Shown here one piece after another: positions 12,301 through 27,000 of a stretch of DNA of 64,000 bases. A program made the position numbers and the translations under genes. This stretch comes from Lingula anatina (taxonomy: Eukaryota; Animalia; Brachiopoda), in NCBI GenBank assembly GCA_051362555.1, contig CM120640.1, positions 61,358,788 to 61,422,787 of the forward strand, read 5' to 3'. The first letter of the stretch is position 1. Each line of letters begins with the position of its first letter. A model generated the notes under the pieces. That model ran no database searches, was not told the origin of the DNA, and saw only the letters and a list, made by a program, of their open reading frames with translations.

Positions 12301-15038
12301 AGTAACAGTTGAACAATATTATAAGAATGTTTTTTCAGAAATACAAGTATGAGCCTTTTTTGTTAAAAGCATATAATTGTGCATCTCTAATTAAATATGT
12401 AATCTTCATGTATTCTATTGTTAAATTATAACAATTGTATCAAAATGTGCTCATATCAATAAATCAATAATACTTATACTGATGATAAAAATAATAATCA
12501 TCATCAACATAAAAGTGTATAATATCAAAACTTTAAGATTTACTTTTTTTATTCAACCATAGTATGTGTGTCATCACAGAGGATTTGCAAATAAACGAAA
12601 ACTTTCTCAACTACATAGTACTTTTTCTCAATTTTTTTTTTTTTTTTTTTTTTGTACCTTAATTAACGGTAACCTAAATCAACATCTGTAAAACTACTTA
12701 ACCTTTATCATACAGATCAATAGAGGAGTATCTACTTCAAAGAAAACTGGCTAACCTCTTACACCGTCAACATCTTACAGACCATGTGTGAAGTATATAC
12801 TAAGTCTGATTGCATCCTAGCTACAGCAGTTGGCTTTTACTATCTGAACAAATTGTAACAAATTTAATCCACGCCCAATAAATAAAATTAACTTAAATGT
12901 GCTATGAGTAAGCATGTCACTGTTGTCAATCTATCACAAATGTACATTTTTGTTTAGTATTGCTAAGCAAGGAAAAAAGGAAAAAATTAAAAATCCAATA
13001 ATTCAAAGTTTTAGTAAACTCAAGTGTAATTTCCTATCATGTGCATCCTATCATGTGAAGGAATGGACATAGCAGGCCTGGCTGTCTAACCAAATCTGAC
13101 ACTTTAAAAATGCATTTTACATGCAAACATGCCAAACCAAGTCAAAAAAGTTTTTCATAATGTTCTCTTTTTCCCTTCCCCCACACCAGCCCACATTTCC
13201 AGCAAAATCTTGGATCTGCCACCAATTAAAAAAGATAAATAAATTCACATCATTCCACAAAAAAAAAATAAATAAAATTAATAGCTAAGATTATCGAGGC
13301 AACCAGGTATTTAAGTAAAATACATATATTACACACAAAGCTTGTGAAATATGACATGCAGTTATTTCATTATTACCTGCTCAATCGTGGATGAAAAATA
13401 TTTCTTTACATACTGTTATTCCAGGGATATGATTTTTCTTAAAAGACTGTTTACCCCCTTTCTGCTCCAAAGGGTGTCATAATATTTGGCACAAAATACT
13501 GACAGGAAATGAATGGGACTATTTGTTGTTGAAAATCACACTGAAAATCAGAAAGTTGGTATCATGTTCTACCTCTTAAATGTCTGAGTCAGTATTAGGT
13601 CTGACTGAAGATGGATTTTGTTTTTCGACCTTCCATCAAATTTCCCTGAAGAATGGTCAGTCCAAGCAGGAAATGAAATACCAGCATTCCATGAACTAAT
13701 AGAATATAAGTAAAGGAAATTCACCTTCCATCAAAATAGATGAAATAAAAGATAAATCAGTATTAAGGTAATCCAGACACATCAAACTAATGTGAACTAT
13801 TAAATTTTCCAATCTATTGATCAGCCACTATAAAAACATTGGCCTTGTATAGGAGCTAACGTGGACACAGGCATATTAATCTTTCACAAACATGTCCAAT
13901 AAAATCCCTGTGGGGGAAGCTATAATGTTGATTCTCAGTTTCCAACAATGGACTTGGAAACTAATCCACACCCTTGGGAGTAAATGATCCCCTCTCTACA
14001 AACCACTAAGTGAAATCATTGGAACAAAATTGAAAAAAGACATGCAGAACTGTAGTGCATTTGCAAGCTGGCTGTGACAATGGTCATGGGATAGGATGAC
14101 ATGTCACACAGGCACTCATGACCTCTGGCATAACTCTTAGCGCAATAAATATGTCGGTTGTTGACTTTCTTACCTAGATGAAGTACTTGTAGGAGTACAT
14201 GTAGCTGCATGGTAGTGAAAGGAAAGTAAGGGGTTGGGCTGTCAGGGGGAAAGGGTTGGAGTGTGATATACTTTTTATGTTTGGCCTAATTTGGTGTGTA
14301 AGGGGTTCAACATTCTATGTTCAAATGTTATATCATTTTCTTTAAATGTTCTTGCTGCTTTGTGCTCTAAACACAAACATTAAGCATTCTGACCATTCCA
14401 TTCCAACTTATAGGAGAGTATCCCCTGACATTTTAATTAATATTGAACTTACTCATACTATGACACAGTTTAATTATATCGTGACACACACACCTGAGAA
14501 AATTTACACATCCATTGATTTTTAGCACTTTTTTCACAGGAAGGATATTTTCCCCTGCATTGATCTTGTCTGTCAACAGATTGGGAGGTATGATTTTCCA
14601 TGCAGCATATTCTGACAATTGTCCACAGCTTGCTGCTGCACTGGTTTTATATTTTTTGGTTTCTTTTTGCCTTAACCACTATAAGCATTTTCAAAATCAC
14701 TCTACAAAAAATAAAATCAGCTACCTAAAATATATGCAATACATTAGTTATTCTAAACTTTTGCAAAAATCAGTCATCTGGCACTTTTTTTTCACTGAGC
14801 ACTATATCATACCCCCATGTGTTTTTGCAAAATCTGATGTCTGATACATGATTCACATTTCACCTGAAAAAAAAGTAAGTACATATTTCCAAAAAGACAG
14901 TTGTGAGTGATAGGATAATCAAGAAACTGTCAAAATACTACTGACATGTGGAAAACTGGTAGGCAAGGCATGCTTTCAGCACAGACAGGTCAATGCTTTC
15001 ATATCTGTCACTTTCCTACACTCTGCTGCAGATTCTAT

Positions 15039-15084
<46 letters not shown>

Positions 15085-18000
15085 TTTCTTCATCCTCTTA
15101 GCCTTTTCATATATACTTCACTGCTGTCTTCTTCTTTCTATGCCTGAAAACAAATTGCTATAACTGCAGCAGTCTTCAAATTATTTATTCATGCTTCATA
15201 ACTTGGCTAATGAAGGCAAATAAGGGTTTATAAAAAATGACAGCTGTTGCTTTCCCAATCTCTTCTTGAATCTTTGCAAAGAATTGTTTACCTATAATAT
15301 CAAACGTGCACCTGGTTGTACCCATAGATATTTTTTTCTGACAAATGAATAATGTCTTTTCTTGATAGCGGCAAGCAATTTGCTGTAAAAACAGCTGTAA
15401 GAGAGATTATTTCAAGAATGCCAATATCCTTCTCTGCATAAATCAGCCATGACAGTAACTACTACCTGGTAAACTACAACCTAAACATCTGCTTGGCTTT
15501 TTCATTCACTAATCAGAAAACATCATACATGTAAAAAAATCCAGCTACGATGTCTGGAATTAGCCAATTAAGGAAAATATGATTGTGATTATAATGCTTC
15601 TTTTCAAGTAATATAGAAGTTTAATCAGTTCACAGTTAACTAATAATCAAATCTCATTCACATAGGATGATTCATTTTAATAATCTAATAACAAATACGC
15701 TGCAACTTGTGATTTTTTATTCAGAGTTCATTATCACAAACATGTGAAAAGTGAAAAACATTCTAAAAATAAAGTAAAATTCAATGTGAAAGAATTCCTT
15801 GAAGCCATTCCAGGAAATTAAAGTAATATGTAAGTGTTAACAGATAAGGTACTAAGCAATTATCTCCCCAGTATTCTTTCTAAAAATGCAGTTTTTCCTT
15901 CACTACAAAGCCTGAGAAATTGGCAAAGTAATTTTTCAATCAAGCACCAGGCTTGGCAAACTAATTTGTGCATACATTCTGATATAAAAAAGGGGAAAAT
16001 AATCAAAAGGTAAAGAAGTGTTGCAAAGTGTGCCACATCCAATCAAACCCTATATTAGTCCAAGTAAAGAAGATTTTGGTATTTCCCAGCTTTAGCAGGA
16101 ACCCTGCTTTCAATGAGTCAAAGCGCAGACTGCTTTAAATGGTAAGATGTAGGTTTCTGTTGTGCGTGTGATCACAATCCTGGCAATGTAACTTCACACT
16201 GAATATCAACAGATCTTCAAATGCAATGCAAGTCAGCCATATCTTTACTGTTCACTCCTATATGCTGTTTGGGTAAATGTTAGCCAAAACAGGGAGGCAA
16301 ATGGAACTAAGCCAAAATATCTGAAAATTTTGTTGATGCTTCTTTTTATCGTCTATACTGTGTGATTTATCATTCTTATACAGATAGGCAGCTACTTCAA
16401 TGGGCTGTAAGTGCCTTAGCAAAGGTGCTACATGAGGGAATTTTCATGATATAGTACAGCTTTTTGAGGGGAGACATTCTCACAGAAAAGGAGCCTTCTA
16501 TGAGACAGGCAGATTGGGACTCTAAGTAAAAAAGTCTAAGCTGTCAGTACTGTGGCATCTTTACATAAGATTCATGATTAATTACTGATATTTTTTCTTT
16601 TTTAAATTAACGTCAGATTTGCCAATTTGTGAATATCTATTAATTAGCAAAGATAGTGCAAATTTTACTATGAGTTCAGGAAAGGTTATAGTACTGTTCA
16701 AATATGACAAAAGAAATAAATATGTATTCCTGAGAAATGTGCAGTAAAAATCCCCATTGTGATGCTGTGTACACTTCTGTCATCAACTATTTTACCAAAT
16801 TTCAAACTTCTTTTTTATATCAATGCAGTGCACTGTAAACATGAAACTGTACATCTTTTTTTTTTTGCAATGACCATAATGCCAACAGACCAAAATATAT
16901 GTGGGTAAAAAGTACTGTATGCACTATATCAGTACTGCAGGTGTCAGACATAATCATTACTTCACAGAACTGACCCCTGAACTTAATAGAACAAGTGCTC
17001 TAACTGCCCCCAAGATCAACAAGTGCAAAATGTGAACTCCAACTTATAACACCTTGGGATCAAATATTTTCAACTCTACATTGCACTTAAATAATTGCAA
17101 CAGGCCAATCTGGATGAAAGAAAAATGTGCAATGACCAAAAGTTTGATATGATATTGTTTGTAATTAATTTCAAGCTTTCGCCTTATTTTTTCCAGCCAA
17201 CTTCAAATTGTCTAAAATAATCTGGTCAATTTTGATCTGGGTTCTTTTACCCTGAGGGCTAAATGTTAGCAAAATAATGTAACCTACTGCTGCATGTGCT
17301 GATTTTAAATTCATTTTGTATGTGAGTGACCAAGTGAAAACTTGAGGGAGATTTTTCAGGAGATTACTACATCCCATTACATTAACTGCATTGTGGAAAT
17401 TGACCAAAGGATCTGCATAGAAAGTATAGTGAGAAAATGTTTTGCCTTCAGACAGCATGTTACAAGTTTATTATGCCTGACCTGGTCAAATATGTAGTGC
17501 AAACAAAGAGGTGTTGAAACTGCTTTTTTTCTTTCATTTTCAACTTTCAGCAAACCCAATATTGTACGTACAATAGAAACTGCAACAATTTCTTTACTTT
17601 CAAAATTACTAGGAAAACTTGTCACCTGCAAACATTCGAAAAGAAAAAATTAGAAAAGCATTATCTTTTCTTAATTACTAAGTCACATTTTCAAACGTAA
17701 AAGAACTGGTAAAAGTATTTAAAAATTAATTCTTGCCTACATTTTACACCATGTCCAGATGATACCTGTCTACACTAACATAAATATCAATAAAATACTT
17801 TAGGAATTAAATTCATCAACCAGACAGGCCAGATGTACAGCAGTTTTTCTTTTTCAGCAGTAATTCTGGCCTAGCAACATTTTGATCCAGGCACTACTTT
17901 CTAAATTGGTCTGAGCTGGATTGTTTTTCCACCATCCCATAATAACTTTAATACTATCCTCCCACACCTCCCCTCTGAGCCACCTGGGCCATCCAATTCA

Positions 18001-21000
18001 TCAACGTCTCCTAAATTCATTATCTAAGCCATTCTGTACACTAATGTATATTTTTATCTTCTCTTGGTTGTGATTTTTTCCAGGAATTAGCTGAAGGTCA
18101 GACTGTACTGTTTGCCTTTCTTGCCCTGTGCATTAGTGCCATAATATTGATGCTGAAGATTCAGCTACTGTGTCCCTTTCTGAGGACTCTTCTCTCAGTT
18201 AACATTTTACCCACTCTATCAAAAGAAAATTTGAAATATGGCAAAAACCATGGCCAGGGTGTCTTTTTTATTACTGTTTATTTCTTTTATTGCTTTTTAA
18301 TCCATCTTACTTCTATTTAAATTATCTATTCAATAAAGCAACCCAAAGAAGTAATCCAAACCTTAATCCTCATCTTGGTAAATTGATAATTTATTGCATG
18401 TACATTGCATGTAGGCTTCAAATTTTCCAAGTGAAATTTGAGGTTATTTTTAGGTAAAACTATGGACATTCCTTCATATCAAGCCATATCATTAGCAAAC
18501 AATGTGTATGAAATTACTTGGAAGTAATTAAAGGTATCTGCCAAAAATATGCAACACAGCCATTAGTCAAAAAAGCTTGAAATCCCCAATGACTAATTGA
18601 AAAAGATATAATTGATTTTCTTTAAATGTTTTATCAAATTAAAGTATACTGCAGCCCCATATTGAAGCAACATTACACTTCACAAACTGAATGCTGTCAA
18701 GAAACAAGGTCATATTTGGATTTAAACTTCACAAATATACTGCTTACTGAAAACTGGAAAAGAACTGAAACAGTCACATTATTGGCCAATCAGTCAAGTT
18801 AAGATCAGTGAAGCAATATTTTATTCTCATTTAATTCAGAAGCCATTATGAAGAGTTTTCCATGAGATTTTGTACCTCAACAAATTATTTATTGCAGACA
18901 AACATGAGGTTTTTCAGGGTTCATTTCCTCTTGCTGTTATATTCAGTGATGAACATCATTATATATTGATTTGAAAGGCAAACAAAATGGAAAGGACTGT
19001 TCCATTGTGTAAGCTTGCACTCTGGAAGACTGCTCTAAGTGTCAGCAGCTTTCAAGTTTCCACTGTTAAGAGACTCTAATAGATCAGATACAAGTTCATA
19101 ACAATTATTTTGGTAACATGGCATATGTTGGATGTAGAGTTTATTCTGTATAAATGTAGCATCTACATATTTACAATTGTGCCCCATACCATAACCTTCC
19201 ACAAAACTATTCTAAACTCTTCCATAATTCTGTGCCTGGCAAATAGTCTTGTGTGCTAAGATAATTCCTATCTCTGCTTTCAATCACAGGTGGTCTAAAA
19301 ACATGTATTATTCACTAGATGAACCTAAAACTGTCTTTCTGCAATCAACATATGAATGCTATATATCCTTCAAACTGACAGATATCTGTATTACTAACTT
19401 TGATCCATGCAAAAGCTCATAAAGGCCACATGCATGCATGCCCTGATTAAAAAAAATCTGAGACGTACACTTTTGACTATTCATAATAATCTGAGCTTTT
19501 TGATATAATCTCAATAAAAAAATTAACATTTTGCATTGTGCGTTTAAGTTTGTTATTTCCTCATCATCTTGGCTCTAGTTTCCCAACTTCATATCTTGGG
19601 TTGTCTTGGTTTAAATTCATTAATTTTTTGCACATTTCTAATATTTGACTAATAACTTTTTAACTAAAGAATAATTAAACCATACACAAAAGCATGAATG
19701 AATGGTTGAATGATCTTCATTTGCCAATTATGAGGGAGAGGAATTCCTCCTTCCTATCCCACCTTCTAATTAAATGAACTCTACCAAGTAAAGCAGACCA
19801 CCCTATTTATTACAGTGCACCTTCATAAGTCATTGGAGATGTTTCTGTTAGTTAAGACACTGCAGGATTACCAAAATGTAGCACAGGTAAGTTATGTATG
19901 CTTTTTTATGTAGTCTAGATCAGATAATATTAAATTTGAAATTTCCCACCATTTGTCACATAAATGGTCATGGGATAGTTTAATTGTAATGCTGTCACTG
20001 AAAAAATTGATAACTTGATTTTTTCACCAAGGTTAAAATACAGTCCCGAGTTTGACCCCTAAAGTTAATGTACTAATTCACATAGAGTTCTGTCAATGTG
20101 AAACACAACTAAATAACCCATTTTCCTGTAGACTGCCTCTATATTGGAATTATAACACTTGTTGAAGTATTTTCAACAATACAAGAGTTTATAATGATTG
20201 ACTGAATGCTAAAACTACTGCATGGTACATGTTGGTGTATTTCTATAAGTTTATCTCTTGAAGCACTTCACCATATTGGGTTCATTTGCATTAAACAATA
20301 CTTAGGTAGGCATAATGTGTTACTATTCAGACAGAACATGCTAGCTTTTCTGTGAACTAATCCTTAGATTAGTCACCATTCAAAGTGGTAAAGGAAGACC
20401 TGGTGGTACATTTCCTGAATGTAAATAGCTGCTGATCAATAGGACAGAGATTTGACGTCAAGGAAAGAAAACAATAGGGAGAATTGTAAAAAGGTAATAA
20501 ACTTATCTTAATTTACCAAATAAAATAGATGTCTATCACTTAAAACTGCCTCAACTTCAGCTGCTGATGCAATGACTTCTAATATATCATTAAAGTCATA
20601 TTCTTAAGCTGAAATTAATCTAAATTTTGTACCAATTAAAAAACATCAATGTGTCGTCGGCTGTTTATATGAAATGAAAAAAAAAGCAAGTCTTGCCAAA
20701 CAAAAATTGCAACAAACATTTATAACTGAGTAGAAATGAAAGGCAGTGAATACATCACTTAAATACATTCGCTTCCACAAAATATACATGCCATACATTT
20801 ATTCCATTTAAAAAAGTCTTTTTTTTCAAATGAGTGATTAAGTCTAGTTGTGTTTCACATAGTTAAGGTTGAGTGAAAGCCACAGAAAATCAATGCTCTT
20901 TGCTTGCACAGTTACGGATAATTGCATGTCACTTTCCACAGAGACAGGAACACTTTGCCTTTGAAGATACTTCTCACTTCTCACTAATTGATGAGTTGAC

Positions 21001-24000
21001 ATTCATTATAAACTAGCTCTCTTTTATTACTTTAGAGAATTAACTGTACATTACCTGAAAAATTATACAAAATCAGATTAAGTAAAATAATAAAATGAAA
21101 AACTTCAATTTTTTTCCCCATAAAAAGGATTAGACTGTAAACAAAAATGTTTTCAACAAACTTTATTTATTTAACAGTAATAGGTTTTTTAAGGCAAACA
21201 CTAAAAATTGTTCATAAATTGGATTTCAATTAAATCATTATATGCTGAAATAACATTAAATCCACTTTTGATCAAGGAGAAATATTTTGAAAATAGTATG
21301 ATTAAAGATGGATATATTAATTTCTTTTCCTATCTTTTCAACAAAAGCAAAATCTGCCCTTTATTGGTTATACTTCAACATATTGATCAGCAATGAAAAG
21401 CAAATGTATCCTTCATTTCCAAGTTCAATTGAAAAAGCATAAGCTTTTGAAATAGTGCAGGTGAACAGCATGAAATAAAAGCAAACCAGGCTGAGAGAAT
21501 GAGAAAATATCAATGAATGTTGGGCACAATGACGAGTTGTACAAGGATACACCATACAGTCTCATAGATGTGAAGGTTACAATTGGTTGTTTAATTGATT
21601 CTATTGACAAGCTAAGCCAGGCTGCTAAGTCAGTATAAGACAGATGCAAAAACACAGGAGATTTCACCAAACAGCAGACAGTGAAACGACTATCAAATTT
21701 TACTGCTGATTAATTTTGATAAACCTCAGTATTCCAATTTTTTTCTGTCCTCTCTCACTGTCTTTGTGACAAAAGATCAGATGACATTACATGAAGTATC
21801 AAAAAAATGTCCAATGGGAAATTGGTCCAATTCTCCATTAAACGTCAATATTTGATTAATACTTTAACAGCATTATTGTGCATCAAGGGCAGGCTGTTCA
21901 GGAGTAAACACTAGGACAGAGAGAGGCCCACAATTCACTTTATCCGGCAAATACACTGGAGAGTAGGAAGAGTATACCCATGTCACACACTCTGTATATT
22001 GTAAGTAGAGTAATTTTAACAGACAAATATATTGCAGTATATCGTCACTGATGTAACAGCCCTCTTTTTATTGATACTTTACAGGATTTCTTTGAACATT
22101 TTTTACTTAAAATCATTTTGCAAAACAGGCTATGGTCATTTCAAGTTTGTAGTGATATTGTTGGCAGAAACAAGATTTATGATTATGCTTTAATTAGGTA
22201 TTAATAACATCTGAAACAAAAACTGAATCATTCTTGAATATGTATAAATGGAAAGATCAGCCATGGATGGATATAAATGTCCACTGCTGTAGACATAATG
22301 ATAAATATGTAGAGTATCAGATCATTCTGTGGAAAACTCACACATCGAGTCTGCCTTTACAATGTACCTTTGTTATAAGCCTACTCTTATATTTACCATA
22401 GTTTCACTAAAGGCAATGTGCACTGTTCTTTATGAATTTGGATGGGTGGGTCAAGTTACATTATGTAAGACAACAAACTTATTGGCATTTGGTATTGTCG
22501 CTATAACATGTTTAGAGTGGTCCAATGTATTTAGGCACAGATGCCCTTTCCTATAGTCACTATGTAAACATATTTACTTAATTGCTATGCCTAACATATA
22601 ACCATGTACTATATGAACTGCATGTATACTGTTTCATAAGATACCTGTGAGTTAATTTCCTGGGTGTAATTTTATACTCCCAAAATTATTTTTGAACACA
22701 GTCATATCAGTTACATTTCAGAATTAATCAGATTTTATGACACCGTGAAATTTTTCTACAATCATGTGGATGATTCAAAAATATATGCAGAACACAATTT
22801 GAGATAGATCTTGCATTGTCTATCATTTAAAAAAGATAGGATAGAGCAAAACACACACACAGTCACCAAGCCTCGTGTTGTCAGCACCTATCAGGTTGAA
22901 GATATTCACAGTGGTAAAAATCTAGTCGATAATGAGAGAAAAAAACCATGATTAACTCATTCATTTACATGCCTGAATGAACATCTATTCACTCATCCTA
23001 TGATGCACTCTCCAAGTATTCAAACCAAGATGCATAAAATGGAATCCTGTGGGGAATTTTTTTAAAGCATTGCCATTTACTATGCTTGTCTTACATTAAA
23101 TGCAAGTTTTGGTGCTGAACACATCACACTTATTGTGTATTTTCACATCTGTTAAATAATTTAGAAGATGTACATGTATATACAAGCAGTTTAATCTCAT
23201 TTTCTAAAAGACACAAATGCCAACTGACAGACCACCAAATCTTTAAGGGCCACAGTCACTTCATAAACTAATATCCAATTTAACTCTTGTTTATTCATCA
23301 TGATGATTAATTTCCTTTATCGGTATTGTTCAAATTGTTTTCACAAAAAATATAAAAAAACAACCTACACTACAGACACACCTTGCTTGAACTTAACAAG
23401 GAAAGTTTTGTGTGAACATATCACAAATCAAAGCACTGCTCTTGCATTACATTTGCTCATGCTGTGTGGAAAAAACATGTAGAACTTTTTTCTTGGACAG
23501 AAGATAATGATCACAACACTCCAGCACATGCTTCAGGAACTCTGCAATCATTTACTCTCCTCAGGTGTCAATTAGTGAAGGAGAAATATTATCAAAGACA
23601 CACTGTTTCCAATAGGTGTGGGAAAGACCTTCCCTAATTACCAAATTTAACCAGCCTTTTAAAAAAGATGCTAAGCTGTTTCTGAGGTGATCAGATAACT
23701 GTGGTTGGTGCTTTATAATAGTGATGGTTTGAATTTGGGGAAGGCTGTTAAGTAATTCAGAGGAAATTTATTCATCCTTTAAATGAAATTATCCATTTAA
23801 TACTGGCATTTCTCATACTTAACATTTCTTCACAATCACAACACATTTTACTAGTTAAAATTAGAAATACCATGTCTAGGGTTATTGGGTATTTTCTACC
23901 AAACTGATAAAAAATTGTTCATTTTCTTCAACACTCATTAATACTATCCATTCATCTTTACCCAACCATATCTTTCTTTGTCTAGATCAATTTCAATTTC

Positions 24001-27000
24001 TTATTGATTGTTACATCATTTCTTCAGTCAGGTAAACTTATTTCAACACAATCCACCGAGCCATGCATGTTTAAGTGGACTAAAAACTTCCTTTTCTTAG
24101 TTTTATAACAGATAATCAATATACCACTTATTATATAAGAAGCAAAAGAGACATGGTTCATTTGCAGTTAAGAGCCATACATTATCAAGACGCAAGTCTA
24201 CGAAAATCCAAGAGTGATAAGAAAAATATGACACCTATATATAGCAGATCTTTTTATCCTCTGCTTATTTTCATCATTTTGGGCACACCTTTGGGTATTC
24301 CTTCGTTGCAATGCATCACACTGAGGATTTATTTCTTTCCCCAAGTATTCCCCACTCCTATTTGCTGATGACAGATTGAAGCCAACACTAACTATAAAGA
24401 ATTGCTCCACTGCTCAAGATATATTTCTTCAATTAATGTAAACCTATAGGGAACTTTGCAGTTAACTTTAAGGTAGCAGAATTTTTGGACAATATCCATA
24501 ATAATGGTACAGTGCTAATCTATAGCTTTAAAGGATTTTTCTACAGATTATGCACATACAGGTAGCTGCTGCACATACTGATATAGAGGCTAAATATCTC
24601 TTGACATTAACAATTTTAGAAGATTTACTATATAATGCAAACATCCTTCATGAAAATATGTGCACAAGCTGCATGGCCTTAGCATCATTTATCTGTTCAA
24701 TACAATATGATGAGCCCTTACAATACAATATGATGAGCCCTTAACCAGTCCAGCCCATCGGTTTCTTAACAAGGGCAGGGTGAACTGTAAGATGCAATGT
24801 TACATCTTGAAGTCTGTCCTCTGACATATATCCAAGTTGTATGAAGAACGATATCATTTATTTGTACTAATTCAGAACCTTAACCGTTAAAACAGTATTG
24901 AAAATGGTTATGCATGCTTATCAGTAATGCAATATAGTCAACTTAACCATTACCCAGGGGCTTGTAACTGAAATTCTTTTCCTTTTTTCCATTGAAATCA
25001 GCTCATTTTGGAACTGATGACAATGTGTTGACAAGCAATTACATGAAATACTGGTGCTTAGAATGTCATATTTCAGCAAAGAAGTACAGACAAAGATATT
25101 TTGATACTGGTAAATGGGAGAAATGTCCGAAAATGAAGTCTCTGCCAAAAAACATTGTCTCATCTACATACATTGCTAATAACAATCAAGTGATATTTCA
25201 CATTCAGAGTGCATAGGCAATTCTGTGTCATACTATTGCTAATTCTGGCATTGTCTTTACAATGAAGTCAAGTATAACAAGCAGCAAAAGCCTCTTGTAT
25301 CCCGTTTCTTTCTCCCCTGTGGCTGCATGTGTCACCTTCTCAATGACTGCTAATGAAGTTACTTTCACTTTTTTCCAATGCAGGATGAGTCTGAAATAGG
25401 TTCTCAGAAGTTGCCCACTGTGTTTTGATACAAGGGACAAAGCTAAGATGCTTAAAGAAAGAATTGAAAAACAATAGATAAGAATGTTCATGTTGTATAC
25501 AAATAAATCACCTAAAGAATAATAAATTTGCTTTCAATCTCTTGAATTGTTACTATAACTGCAAACAAATAATACTTACCCTGTAATTTCTCTGACACCA
25601 TACAAATTCAATGTATAGAAGATCAGTTGGACTAGTGTGGAAGTTCTTTTTTTTTTTTTTTAATAACCATTCATTAAACTGGGAATATTACTCTAACCAC
25701 TACCACAATAGCTGAAAACTTGGCCATAAATACCGAGGATATTTGAAAATGCAGCAAGATAATTAAAAAAAAATTTTTTTCAGTTGAAAATACCAAACCA
25801 TATAGCCTATAGCTGTAGAGGCAAGAGAGTAATGGAAAGTTTCTTTATAAAACTACTTAGGGCTAATTTTTCCATTACAGTATGATGCACTTCATACTTT
25901 TCACCAGTGACATGTAGACCCTTCACACCACACATGAAGAGGCTAAGGAATAGAGAGGTTAGGCTTGAAGTAAACACAAAAATTTGAAAGATGTTTGCTC
26001 ATCCTGAAACACTATACTTCTAAGTCCCGCTTTCTCCTGGCAATAAACCTTTTCTCTGCCTTTCCCTCAAGTCATGCCATCTTATATATAGGAGCAAGGG
26101 AGGCATGCATTGTCTTTGATATATGTCAAAACACTTTTTACAAGATCGAATTTCCTTTTTTTTTTCTTAAGAGACATCTTCCAGGAGAAAGTTTTGTGAA
26201 AAAAGCTCTTCATGCGAATATAATCCCACTAAAAATCATTCAAGAGACTTAACTGCATTATGTGACATTTCTGAAACTATTGATTGTCAAATCGAACACA
26301 GAAAATGTTTCAATGGCACTAATTCCTAACAAACTCTTTTCTGTGCATGGTTCTGGAAGCAAAAAGTGTTTCTTTTGTAAGTTAGCCGGGTCTATTTTCA
26401 GAATCCCTTTCATCCTACAAGAACTAATACGTGTTGTTCAGCAAAAAAAGAAAAACGTCCTTGAAAGGTGAAGTTAGATACTTGTGTGCTCGCTAAACAG
26501 TAGCTTTCAGGTGTTGATGATAGGATTGTGGTTCTACACTGAAGCATGCACACAAAATAAAACAATAGAGCTAAAATAATAAAAGCAACAGCTGTGACAA
26601 AATAAGTATGTTTGAAAAAAGCATTTCACATTGTTGATGAATATGAATTCAATAAAATTTTCAAAAGTGAATACATCTGTTATTAAGATTTGTTCCTTTC
26701 TTATAAATAGTTTAAACATATTGCAACTGTCCAAGTTCATCATGAAAACAGTACATTGCTTGTTTTATCAATATCATTTAATAAAATTAATTTTCAACAC
26801 CTCCATAAGTTTAACTAAGAAAGTATGGGTCATTCTTCACAAAAAAAGAAGCCGAGCCTATTGAAAAACACAAGCATAACAAATAATACCTCTGGTCAAA
26901 ACAATGAAAGACTATTCTGACCCCAGAAGCTCTTCTCTTTTGCATGCAAACAGGCGCCCAAGATGCATCAATGTAGTGTAACATTTGAGGATCTGACTTC

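Noticed and set aside
24730-24824. C/D snoRNA-like ATGATGA...CTGA
   Set aside because: No terminal stem or recognisable guide; the C-box-like motif belongs to a simple 23-bp duplication
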